A stretch of 64,000 bases of DNA from Pirellulales bacterium (GTDB lineage: Bacteria; Planctomycetota; Planctomycetia; Pirellulales; JALHPA01), in contig JBBDYH010000130.1 in NCBI GenBank assembly GCA_040901795.1, positions 16,881-80,880 on the forward strand, written 5' to 3'. The notes under the pieces are model-generated. The model ran no database searches, had not been told where the DNA came from, and saw only the letters and a list, made by a program, of their open reading frames with translations. Of the stretch, positions 18,281-26,201 are shown piece by piece; position 1 is the stretch's first letter, and the number at the start of each line of letters is the position of its first letter. The position numbers and the translations under genes were made by a program.

Positions 18281-18715
18281 GTGCCTTGGCTCCAACGGAC
18301 TATTCAGCTTCGCGAGCGGCCCCGCGGCTTTCATCTGATCACGCAGGAGGTCGTCGAGGGACTGCCGGAATTGCGCGAATTCGAGATTGGCCTGCTGCAT
18401 GCCTTCATCCAGCACACTTCGGCCTCGATTACCATCAATGAGAATGCCGACCCGGACGTTCCGGCCGATCTGGAATCGTCGCTCAACGCAATTGCACCGG
18501 AAGATTTTGCGTATCAGCATACAGTCGAGGGGCCGGACGATATGCCGGCCCATGTGAAATCGGTGCTGATCGGCAGTTCGGTCAGTGTGCCGATCCAGCA
18601 GGGGCAACTAGCGCTCGGTACGTGGCAGGGGATTTACCTCTGCGAGCATCGCGATCGTGGCGGCAGGCGGCGGCTCGTGCTGACGCTTCAGGGAGAAAGC
18701 CGCGGCAAACCGTAG
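18281..18715 (+). CDS. YjbQ/UPF0047 family protein (secondary thiamine-phosphate synthase-like)
   Basis: GFHLITQEV..., HTSASITINENADPDV, DDMPAHVKS, LALGTWQGIYLCEHR. Confidence 0.85.
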   Translation: MPWLQRTIQLRERPRGFHLITQEVVEGLPELREFEIGLLHAFIQHTSASITINENADPDVPADLESSLNAIAPEDFAYQHTVEGPDDMPAHVKSVLIGSSVSVPIQQGQLALGTWQGIYLCEHRDRGGRRRLVLTLQGESRGKP

Positions 18716-18722
18716 CACTGGA

Positions 18723-18827
18723 GGGTGGGAGTCGCCGCGGCGACCCGAAGGACGCGCTGGCCCACCATTTTTTACCACCGAGTGCACAGATCGGTGGGCC
18801 GTCGTCGCTGCGCTCCTAGTCCCACCC
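18723..18827. repeat. nested GGGTGGGA/GGCCCACC//GGTGGGCC/TCCCACCC element, copy 2
   Basis: The same four 8-mers are at 18723-30, 18759-66, 18793-800 and 18820-27, with different intervening sequence. Lies between the convergent stops 18715 and 18827. Confidence 0.85.
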
Positions 18828-19915
18828 TACACTTCGACCAATGCTCCGCTGCGGGCAAGCCGGAGATCATCGAGCCACGCTTCCAATAGCGTCGCTTGAT
18901 TCGCGTTCCGGTCGATATGACTGAGGGCTTCCAGCGAACGTTCGATGCGTGCGGCCGTGGCCTCAGGATCTTTCTGGCCGCGTTTTAGCGCGGCCGAGAC
19001 GTGACGCTCGGCATCGTCGTCGCCGGCGAATCGATCACCGGTGCGTGGCGCGTCGTCGGCGACCTGCCGGTAGAGCAGCCGGCGGTAAAAGCTAATCGCA
19101 AAGCCGATCAGCAACCTCGCGCGGGCTCTCCGCGGCGGCGCTTCCTTACCGGCGGCATCGACAAATGCCACCACCGAGGGCGCGAGCCGGAAGTTTTCGA
19201 TCGGCTCCCCAGCGAGTTTCGCCAGCAGTTCTCCACGGAACCGCCAGAGCTCCGGGTCGGACAGCTCGATGGCCCGCGACAGGCTGCCTTCGCTGAATGC
19301 TGCCAGACGGTTGGCTTCCGCCGCATCAGCGACGAGCTGCTTCTCGACCAGCAACCGGGCCACGGTTTCTTGGCTCAATGGCTCGAAGCGGACAAGCTGC
19401 GCGCGCGACCGGATCGTGGGCAACTGCTTGGTTGCGCTGGTGCCGATCAGAATGATTACTGATCGCGGCGGCGGCTCTTCCAGCGTCTTTAGCAGGCAGT
19501 TTGCCACGGCCGGCGTGTTGAAGTAATCGGCGTCATCCAGAATCGCGACCTTGCGGTTGCCCATGAATGGCTTGAGCGAGATATCGTAGCACAAGCCTTC
19601 GCGCATCCGCGTCTCGTCTTCGCCAATCAGCAGTTTGATGGGAATGCTGGACTTTCCCTCGGGTAGTCCCAACACGTACAGGTCCGGATGCGTACCAGCC
19701 TCCACTTGCACGCAACTGGGACAAATGCCGCAAGGGTCCAAAAGCGCCTCATCGCGCCGCTCGCAGAGAAGCGACTTCGCTAGCGCCAACGCGAACGACC
19801 GCTTCCCCACGCCCGGCGGCCCCACAAACAGAAAAGTGCTCGCCAGCCGCCGGCGTTCGAGCGCCCTGCGGAATCGGGCAACGACCGCGTCATGTCCTTC
19901 AATGCCTTGCCACAT
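18827..19915 (-). CDS. holB: DNA polymerase III subunit delta-prime
   Basis: ORF 18827..20032; likely start ATG 19915 (MWQGIEGHD). FLFVGPPGVGKRSFALALAKSLLCE, CGICPSCVQVEAGTHPDLY, TLEEPP, SRAQLVRF. Confidence 0.85.
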   Translation of the reverse strand: MWQGIEGHDAVVARFRRALERRRLASTFLFVGPPGVGKRSFALALAKSLLCERRDEALLDPCGICPSCVQVEAGTHPDLYVLGLPEGKSSIPIKLLIGEDETRMREGLCYDISLKPFMGNRKVAILDDADYFNTPAVANCLLKTLEEPPPRSVIILIGTSATKQLPTIRSRAQLVRFEPLSQETVARLLVEKQLVADAAEANRLAAFSEGSLSRAIELSDPELWRFRGELLAKLAGEPIENFRLAPSVVAFVDAAGKEAPPRRARARLLIGFAISFYRRLLYRQVADDAPRTGDRFAGDDDAERHVSAALKRGQKDPEATAARIERSLEALSHIDRNANQATLLEAWLDDLRLARSGALVEV

Positions 19916-20049
19916 GAGTTTAGCAGTCGCCGGAACGGCGACTTTGGAACCTGATCTGAGGTTTAAATACAGAAATGCGGATTGGGGACTGGCTCCCGGC
20001 TTCAGCCGTCGGTCTGTCGGCTTGAACCACAAATGCTGATGGCTGAAAG

Positions 20050-20688
20050 CTATAATATCTTCTCCACTGCGGCGCGGATGTCGGCCTGGACGTTTTCAAT
20101 GCTCTGCGCGGCGTTGATTATTTCAATTCCATGCGGATCATCGGCTGCCTCGGCTAAGAATCCCTCGCGCACGCGACGCGAAAAATCGTCGCCTTGTTCT
20201 TCCATCCGATCGCGCTGGCGATGGATTCGAGCGGCCGCAGCGTCGGGCGGCATGTCCAGCACCAGCACCAGCTTGGGTAAGAGTCCCCTCGTCGCAAACT
20301 GGCCCACGCGCCAAATTTCTGCGGGGTCCAGCCCGCCCCCGTACCCCTGATACACGACATTCGCCAACAAATACCTGTCAGAGACCACGGTCCTTCCCGC
20401 GGCTAGTTCCGGTTCGATCACTTCTGCGACCAGTTGCGCCCGCGCCGCCATGTAGAGCAGCATTTCGGAGCGACGGTCGATCGGCACGCTTTCACGTGAC
20501 AGGAGGACCGTGCGAATTCGCTCGCCCAGCGCCGTCGTCCCCGGATCGCGGCACGCCACCACGTCGTGTCCTCGCTCCCGCAGCCAATCGCAAAGCAGCC
20601 GCTGCTGCGTCGATTTGCCCGTGCCGTCGAGGCCGTCGAGAGCGATGAAAAGATTTTTGGCGAAATTCATCGGTTGTTCGACCGGCAT
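20050..20688 (-). CDS. tmk: thymidylate kinase
   Basis: ORF 20050..20769; likely start at 20688 or 20670. FIALDGLDGTGKSTQ, RDPGTTALGERIR, SDRYLLANVVYQG. Lies 17 nt upstream of holB on the same strand. Confidence 0.9.
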   Translation of the reverse strand: MPVEQPMNFAKNLFIALDGLDGTGKSTQQRLLCDWLRERGHDVVACRDPGTTALGERIRTVLLSRESVPIDRRSEMLLYMAARAQLVAEVIEPELAAGRTVVSDRYLLANVVYQGYGGGLDPAEIWRVGQFATRGLLPKLVLVLDMPPDAAAARIHRQRDRMEEQGDDFSRRVREGFLAEAADDPHGIEIINAAQSIENVQADIRAAVEKIL

Positions 20689-20915
20689 GATCGTGAGTGG
20701 TTGGTGGCACTGCTCGCGGCGAGCAGTGGCACACAGCCTTAGGTTTGTACGACGAACGCATCGTACCATGCGCCTTTCCGAAGCTCTAGGCGATGCATCG
20801 CGTCATGTTTTCGTTGTCATTCTGGTTTTGTGCCCCTACCGCTAGAATACGATTGTCTAAGCCGCGCCCTTTGTATCGACGCGGCAACCACTAACCCCAC
20901 AGGACCTATCTGGAG

Positions 20916-22946
20916 ATGCCTCTCAAAGTCAAACTGCCCGACGGCAGCGTGCGTGAATACAAGCAGCGAGTGCGCTCGCTCGATATCGTACAGGAAATCG
21001 GCCCGGGCCTGGCAAAGGCCGCCATCGCGGCGGAGGTGAACAGCGAAACCGTCGACCTGTCCACAATGCTGCCGGCCGACGGCGAAGTCGCGCTTCGCAT
21101 CCTCACCAAGAAAGATCCCCAGGCGCTCTCGATCATGCGCCATTCCTGCGCGCACGTGATGGCGCAGGCCGTGATGCGGCTCTTTGACGGCGTGCAGCTC
21201 GCCTTCGGGCCGACGACCGAGAACGGGTTCTATTACGATATGCGGCTGCCGCGCCCCCTATCGGAAGATGACTTTCCGGCGATCGAAGCCGAGATGCAAA
21301 AGATCGTCAAGGCCAACCTCGAGTTTGAGCGGATCGAGGAGCCGCGCGATAAGGCGCTCACGCTTTGCCGCGACCTCGGCCAGTCGTTCAAGGTCGAGCA
21401 CATCGGGGAAGGACTCGCCGATCATCAAACATTGTCGTTCTATCGCCAGGGAGAGTTCGTCGACCTTTGCCGCGGCCGCCACGTGCCCAGCACCGGCGCG
21501 ATCGGTGCTTTCAAGCTGCTTAACGTTGCCGGCGCCTATTGGAAGGGCGATCAGTCCCGCGAGCAGTTGCAGCGGCTCTACGGCACGGCGTTCTTCAGCA
21601 AGGAAGACCTCGACAGCTACTTGCAAGCGGTCGAAGAGGCCAAGCGCCGCGACCATCGCGTTCTCGGCCGGCAACTCGAGCTGTTCACCACCAGCCCGCT
21701 TGTCGGCCAGGGTTTGATTCTCTGGCTGCCCAAGGGTGCGACCATTCGCGGATTGCTCGAGTCGTTCGTCAAGGAAGAGTTGACCAAGCGCGGTTATCTC
21801 CCGGTATACACGCCGAACATCGGTCGCGTGGAGTTATACCAGATCTCGGGCCATTATCCGTATTACGCTGACAGCCAGTTCAAGCCGATCGTGATGTCGG
21901 ACGAGGAGAAGTATCTGCTCAAGCCGATGAATTGTCCGCACCACATCATGATCTACAAGAGCAAGCCGCGGAGTTATCGCGAGCTGCCGGTGCGGCTGGC
22001 GGAGTTCGGCACCGTCTATCGCTACGAGCAGTCGGGCGAGCTGGGCGGCATGACGCGCGTCCGCGGCTTCACGCAGGACGACGCTCACATCTTTTGCACC
22101 GAGGAGCAAGTGGCGGAGGAGTTTCGCGGCTGCATTGATTTCACGCAAACGGTGCTGCGAGCGCTGGGGCTGGACGACTATCGCGCTCGGCTCGGCTTCC
22201 GTGACCCGGCCAGCGACAAGTACGTTGGCAGCCCCGAGGCCTGGAACCGGGCCGAGGCGGCGATCGAGCGTGTGGCCCGCGAGATGGATCTGCCCGGTTG
22301 CCAACCCGAGCTCGGCGAGGCGGCGTTCTACGGACCCAAGGTGGACTTTGTCGTCCGCGATTGTATCGGCCGCGAATGGCAGCTCGGCACCGTGCAGCTC
22401 GATTACAACTTGCCCAGCGCGGAGCGTTTTGCCTTGGAATACACCGCCGCCGACAACCAGCCGCATCGGCCGGTGATGATCCACCGCGCGCCGCTGGGTT
22501 CGCTCGAGCGGTTCATGGGCGTGCTGATCGAGCACTTTGCCGGTGCGTTTCCCCTGTGGCTTGCGCCGGAGCAGGTGCGCGTGCTCACCGTCAGCGAGAA
22601 GAGCGAGAGCTACGGCCGCCAGATCGAATCACAGCTTGCCGCTTCGACTGGCTCAGGGCAGGCCGCGGCCGGCTTCCGCGTCACCGGAGACTATCGGGCC
22701 GAGAAGCTCGGCGCCAAGGTCCGCGCGGCGCAGCTTGAGCTGATCCCGTACATGTTCGTGGTCGGCCCGCGCGATGCGGAGCAGGGAACCGTCTCGGTGC
22801 GTGATCGGATCGAAGGGGACTTAGGCTCGATGCCGCTGGCCAGCGCGGTGGAAAAACTCACGGAAGAGGTGCGCTCGAAGCGCGTGCGGCAAGTTGTGAA
22901 GAGCAAGGCCACCTTGAGTGATCATGGAACGGGGCATGAGTACTAG
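20916..22946 (+). CDS. thrS: threonine--tRNA ligase
   Basis: 676 aa. TGS domain [26 protein letters not shown], class II motifs ([31 protein letters not shown]) and the anticodon-binding end. Confidence 0.95.
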   Translation: MPLKVKLPDGSVREYKQRVRSLDIVQEIGPGLAKAAIAAEVNSETVDLSTMLPADGEVALRILTKKDPQALSIMRHSCAHVMAQAVMRLFDGVQLAFGPTTENGFYYDMRLPRPLSEDDFPAIEAEMQKIVKANLEFERIEEPRDKALTLCRDLGQSFKVEHIGEGLADHQTLSFYRQGEFVDLCRGRHVPSTGAIGAFKLLNVAGAYWKGDQSREQLQRLYGTAFFSKEDLDSYLQAVEEAKRRDHRVLGRQLELFTTSPLVGQGLILWLPKGATIRGLLESFVKEELTKRGYLPVYTPNIGRVELYQISGHYPYYADSQFKPIVMSDEEKYLLKPMNCPHHIMIYKSKPRSYRELPVRLAEFGTVYRYEQSGELGGMTRVRGFTQDDAHIFCTEEQVAEEFRGCIDFTQTVLRALGLDDYRARLGFRDPASDKYVGSPEAWNRAEAAIERVAREMDLPGCQPELGEAAFYGPKVDFVVRDCIGREWQLGTVQLDYNLPSAERFALEYTAADNQPHRPVMIHRAPLGSLERFMGVLIEHFAGAFPLWLAPEQVRVLTVSEKSESYGRQIESQLAASTGSGQAAAGFRVTGDYRAEKLGAKVRAAQLELIPYMFVVGPRDAEQGTVSVRDRIEGDLGSMPLASAVEKLTEEVRSKRVRQVVKSKATLSDHGTGHEY

Positions 22947-22950
22947 GCCA

Positions 22951-23046
22951 TTGGGGAATGATCGAGTGGGGAATGGGGAATGCGCGAGTTTTCGATTCGA
23001 TCGTGCTTTCCATTCCCCATTCCGCATTCGCCCCTTCCCCATTTCT
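22951..23046. repeat. GGGGAATG-heptamer imperfect palindrome (family E, copy 1)
   Basis: TTGGGGAATG-ATCGAGT-GGGGAATGGGGAATG ... loop ... CATTCCCCATTCC-GCATTCGCCCCTTCCCCATTTC. Starts 5 nt after the thrS stop. Confidence 0.9.
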
Positions 23047-23123
23047 CCTGTTAATCCCCACATGCCATTTTGCGCCGTTTTGGAGCGGGAATTGCTCCCG
23101 TTCTAGGGCGGAGATATTTGGCA

Positions 23124-24167
23124 ATGAAACGAATCCTGCTTTTCGCCGTCGTAGCATGGACGCTTGTCACATGTTCCGCCGCCGAAGAGGACCCCTCTTC
23201 TCAACAGCCGCAGCGAGGCATCGCTGAAGTTCTGCAAGACATGCTGGCCGGCGAGCCGCTGCCGGGCGACGTCATCTATGTTCATGTGTCGGATCAGGGG
23301 TTGCGCAAGTTGTTGCGTCGCGAAGTTGCACAGCAGACGGCAGTCAACGACACGATCATCGGCACGCCCGTGGAAGGAATCGCAAATACGGTTGGAATCA
23401 CCGGCGTGCGACTTGTGCCCGCAAAGGGCCGCGCAATTGTTGATCTGTTATTTACCGGAAATGTTGCAGCGCGAACGACAGGCGACGGGGGATCGGTGCG
23501 CGTTCACTCGTCGAGCAACACACGCTTCTCGGCTATCAAGCGGCTGACAATTGACGAACAAGGCATCAGGATCTCGCCTGCGCGGGTCGCCGCTCGAGCA
23601 TCGATTACGATTGAGCGCGTGACCACCGATTTACCGGGTCTGCGCGGGCGGATCGTGCAGCGTATCGGTAGCCGGCGTGCCGCCGAAACTAAGCTGGCGG
23701 CGGAATCTGAGTCGGCGCGCAAGGCCGAAATCCGGATTGCCCAACACTTCGATCGCGAAGTGGCCAAGGATCTGGGCAGGGCTCAGAGCAACCTGTCACG
23801 GTCTCTTGCGGAGTTGTCGAATGGGGAAGGCGCTTTCCGCGGCCGGCTGCGGTTCTCTACCTCCGGCCGCCACCTTCAGGTGGCGATTCACCGCGGCGAA
23901 GGCAATCCGACACGCCGTGCACCCCCCGCGTTGGCCGACCTGGGTACACCGGATGTGGCGATTCATGTCCATCGAGCGCTGGTGAACCGAGTGGTGCGGA
24001 GCACGATCGTACATGGGCCGACCAGCCCTTTGGTAATCGCGTTTCTGGGCGAGGAAGAACAGCGGTACGTCAGCGTGGCTCCGGACGAACCACAGAGGCA
24101 GCTCAAACAGTCGACCGACGGTCACTGGTGGTCGCTGGTGATTCCGCAGATCAAGCTGAAAATGTAG
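23124..24167 (+). CDS. hypothetical secreted protein
   Basis: ORF 23070..24167; ATG 23124 gives the signal peptide MKRILLFAVVAWTLVTCSAAEE. No family recognised. Confidence 0.6.
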   Translation: MKRILLFAVVAWTLVTCSAAEEDPSSQQPQRGIAEVLQDMLAGEPLPGDVIYVHVSDQGLRKLLRREVAQQTAVNDTIIGTPVEGIANTVGITGVRLVPAKGRAIVDLLFTGNVAARTTGDGGSVRVHSSSNTRFSAIKRLTIDEQGIRISPARVAARASITIERVTTDLPGLRGRIVQRIGSRRAAETKLAAESESARKAEIRIAQHFDREVAKDLGRAQSNLSRSLAELSNGEGAFRGRLRFSTSGRHLQVAIHRGEGNPTRRAPPALADLGTPDVAIHVHRALVNRVVRSTIVHGPTSPLVIAFLGEEEQRYVSVAPDEPQRQLKQSTDGHWWSLVIPQIKLKM

Positions 24168-24190
24168 ACCACCCGCCGCGGCGTGCGGAA

Positions 24191-24264
24191 GTGTAGCACT
24201 CTCGCTCCGCGAGAGGAACATCACGCGGAGCGTGATGACTACACGACGGCACACGGAGTGTGCC
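24191..24264. repeat. three-helix structured element, copy 1, plus an extra GGA-loop hairpin
   Basis: GTGTAG..-CTCTCGC-TCC-GCGAGAG-GAAC-ATCACGC-GGA-GCGTGAT-GACTACAC, then GGCACAC-GGA-GTGTGCC. Lies between the convergent stops 24167 and 24279. Confidence 0.85.
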
Positions 24265-24278
24265 TACTACATCGACTC

Positions 24279-25826
24279 TTAGCGGCCCAGCTCCGTCAGC
24301 AACCGACGGATTTGATGCTGGTATTCCTGCCGCTCGTGCTCCCAGTCGAAGCGCTGTTTATCGACCAGATCGCGCTGCCGATCGATTTGGCACTCACGCT
24401 TCGCTAACCGTCCGGCGTCGGCCTCGCCCTCGGCGGTGCGCTCGCGGAGCCATTGCTCCAGCTCGCGCTTTTGTGCCGCCAGGCGAGTGTGCTGTTCAGT
24501 AATCTGGGCGGCCAGTGTCTCCAATTTCCGCCGCTGGCTCACCAAGTCCTCTTGCTGCAAGCGATAACAGTCGCCCAGGCGGGCTCGCGAACGCGCAATT
24601 TGGTGCGAAAGCTGCGCCGGAGGAATCGCGCCGGCCAGTTGCGCCAACAGCTCCTCGGCTGCCAGGCGGTTCTCGAGCGCCTCGCGCTGGACCATCGTCA
24701 GCTCGGCTCGCATTTGATCGACGGCCGCTCGGCGGACCTCCAACTGCTGGCTCGCGGCCTCGAGCGCTTCTCGGCGGCGCTGCAAATCGGCTTCGCCACG
24801 GCGGCGGAGCTCCGCGTGTCGCTGTCGGTCGCCTTGCCGTTCGCCCTCGAACTGCTTGCGGTCCGCCAAGAGTGCCAGGTGCAGCTCGGCCACTTCGTTC
24901 TGGGCGCGCTCCAAAAGCGCTTCCGCTTGGGCGATGTGCTCACGGCGCGATTGCAGCTCAGCGAGCAGGTCGCCGAGTTGATCGAACTCATCGCCAAGCG
25001 CGCGGCCATCGCGAGACAGTATGCCGCCAGCCAGCCCTTCGGATCGCTGCCGCTGAGACGCGACGTACTGGACCGCCTCGTTACGGCCAGGATGCTTGGG
25101 TCGCGCCGGCAGCACCGCCTCGCCGGCCAAAAAACGCGCGAGCATCTCGAGCGTGATGCCGCGCCGCGTATCGAAGTCGTTCAGCCGCCGCTCCAGGTCG
25201 CCTACTAATTCGTCATGTGCGAGGCTCGCATCCCGCAGCGCCGCGGCAGCGGCCTGCACTTCGAGCAGCCGCTCGCGCGTCTGTTCGTCAATGTTGCGGC
25301 TGGCGGTTTCGCGGCGGTCGAGCGCGGCACGGCGAGCCTCGAGCTCCTCTTCTCCCGACCGGCGGATCGCTGCGATATTCTGTTCCAACTGTTCGATGTG
25401 CCCTGCCCGCTGCTGAAGCTCGTCCTCGCGTGTCTTGAGGGCGGCGTCGCGATCCGCGAGCTCCTCGTGCTGGCACTTGAGCCAGAGCCGGTTGTTTCGC
25501 TCCTGCTGTTCGAGGCGCGCCGCGTGCGCCTGGAGTTCCGCTTCACGCCGGTCGAGATCGGCTTGCTGCTGGCCAAGATGTTCGGAAAGCTGCTGTGCTT
25601 GGAGTCGAAGCTGTTGCACCATTGCCAGCGAGGCGATCCCAGCCTCCGCATCGTCGGCGGGATTGTCGGGACTGGCTGCGAATAGTCCCTCCTGCGACTG
25701 CGATTTCTCATCGCGGCCGTTGGCCATTTGGTGAGGCGGGTCAATGCGGTTCTCGCGTCCGGCCAACACCGTCGGTTCGGCGGTTGCGGCGATCCGGGAG
25801 CGACTGCTTATCTCAGGCATGAGCAA
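24279..25826 (-). CDS. hypothetical long coiled-coil protein (E/R/Q/A/L-rich)
   Basis: 515-aa ORF with heptad-like ELQ/RREAL repeats throughout. Divergent from the SNF2 helicase gene. Confidence 0.6.
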   Translation of the reverse strand: MLMPEISSRSRIAATAEPTVLAGRENRIDPPHQMANGRDEKSQSQEGLFAASPDNPADDAEAGIASLAMVQQLRLQAQQLSEHLGQQQADLDRREAELQAHAARLEQQERNNRLWLKCQHEELADRDAALKTREDELQQRAGHIEQLEQNIAAIRRSGEEELEARRAALDRRETASRNIDEQTRERLLEVQAAAAALRDASLAHDELVGDLERRLNDFDTRRGITLEMLARFLAGEAVLPARPKHPGRNEAVQYVASQRQRSEGLAGGILSRDGRALGDEFDQLGDLLAELQSRREHIAQAEALLERAQNEVAELHLALLADRKQFEGERQGDRQRHAELRRRGEADLQRRREALEAASQQLEVRRAAVDQMRAELTMVQREALENRLAAEELLAQLAGAIPPAQLSHQIARSRARLGDCYRLQQEDLVSQRRKLETLAAQITEQHTRLAAQKRELEQWLRERTAEGEADAGRLAKRECQIDRQRDLVDKQRFDWEHERQEYQHQIRRLLTELGR

Positions 25827-26201
25827 AAGATCCGCTGAAGGGGTCGCGGCCGTGCTTGCGCGCCGCTACAACCGTTCCAGATTGACTCGGCTATTTCATC
25901 GTCAAAGTCACCGCTCTGAATTGAGTGGACCGGCAAAGTCGCCGCATTTTTCCGCATTTGCGCTTCCAGAAGCGCGAAGCTGGGAGACCTGGGGCCAGCA
26001 GGCAAACCCACAGTTTTGTTTTACTCCCGCAGCCGAAGACGAGGACCACGGCTGCCTCGCCTTCGGCTGCGAGTTAAACGAGGCGGAAGCTGCTGCATGG
26101 AGACTTGAAAGACACAAAGTTGCTCGCACGTGGACACTTTATCGGCGAGTCGCTAAGGTAATGCCATCACGGCAGTTGGACCCGGAAAGGAGTCTCTCGT
26201 C

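Noticed and set aside
20770-20915. A regulatory leader (T-box or operator-like structure) upstream of thrS.
   Set aside because: I saw no specifier or T-box sequence and no convincing stem-loop mimic in the 146-nt region. It contains only an ordinary promoter-like TAGAAT.
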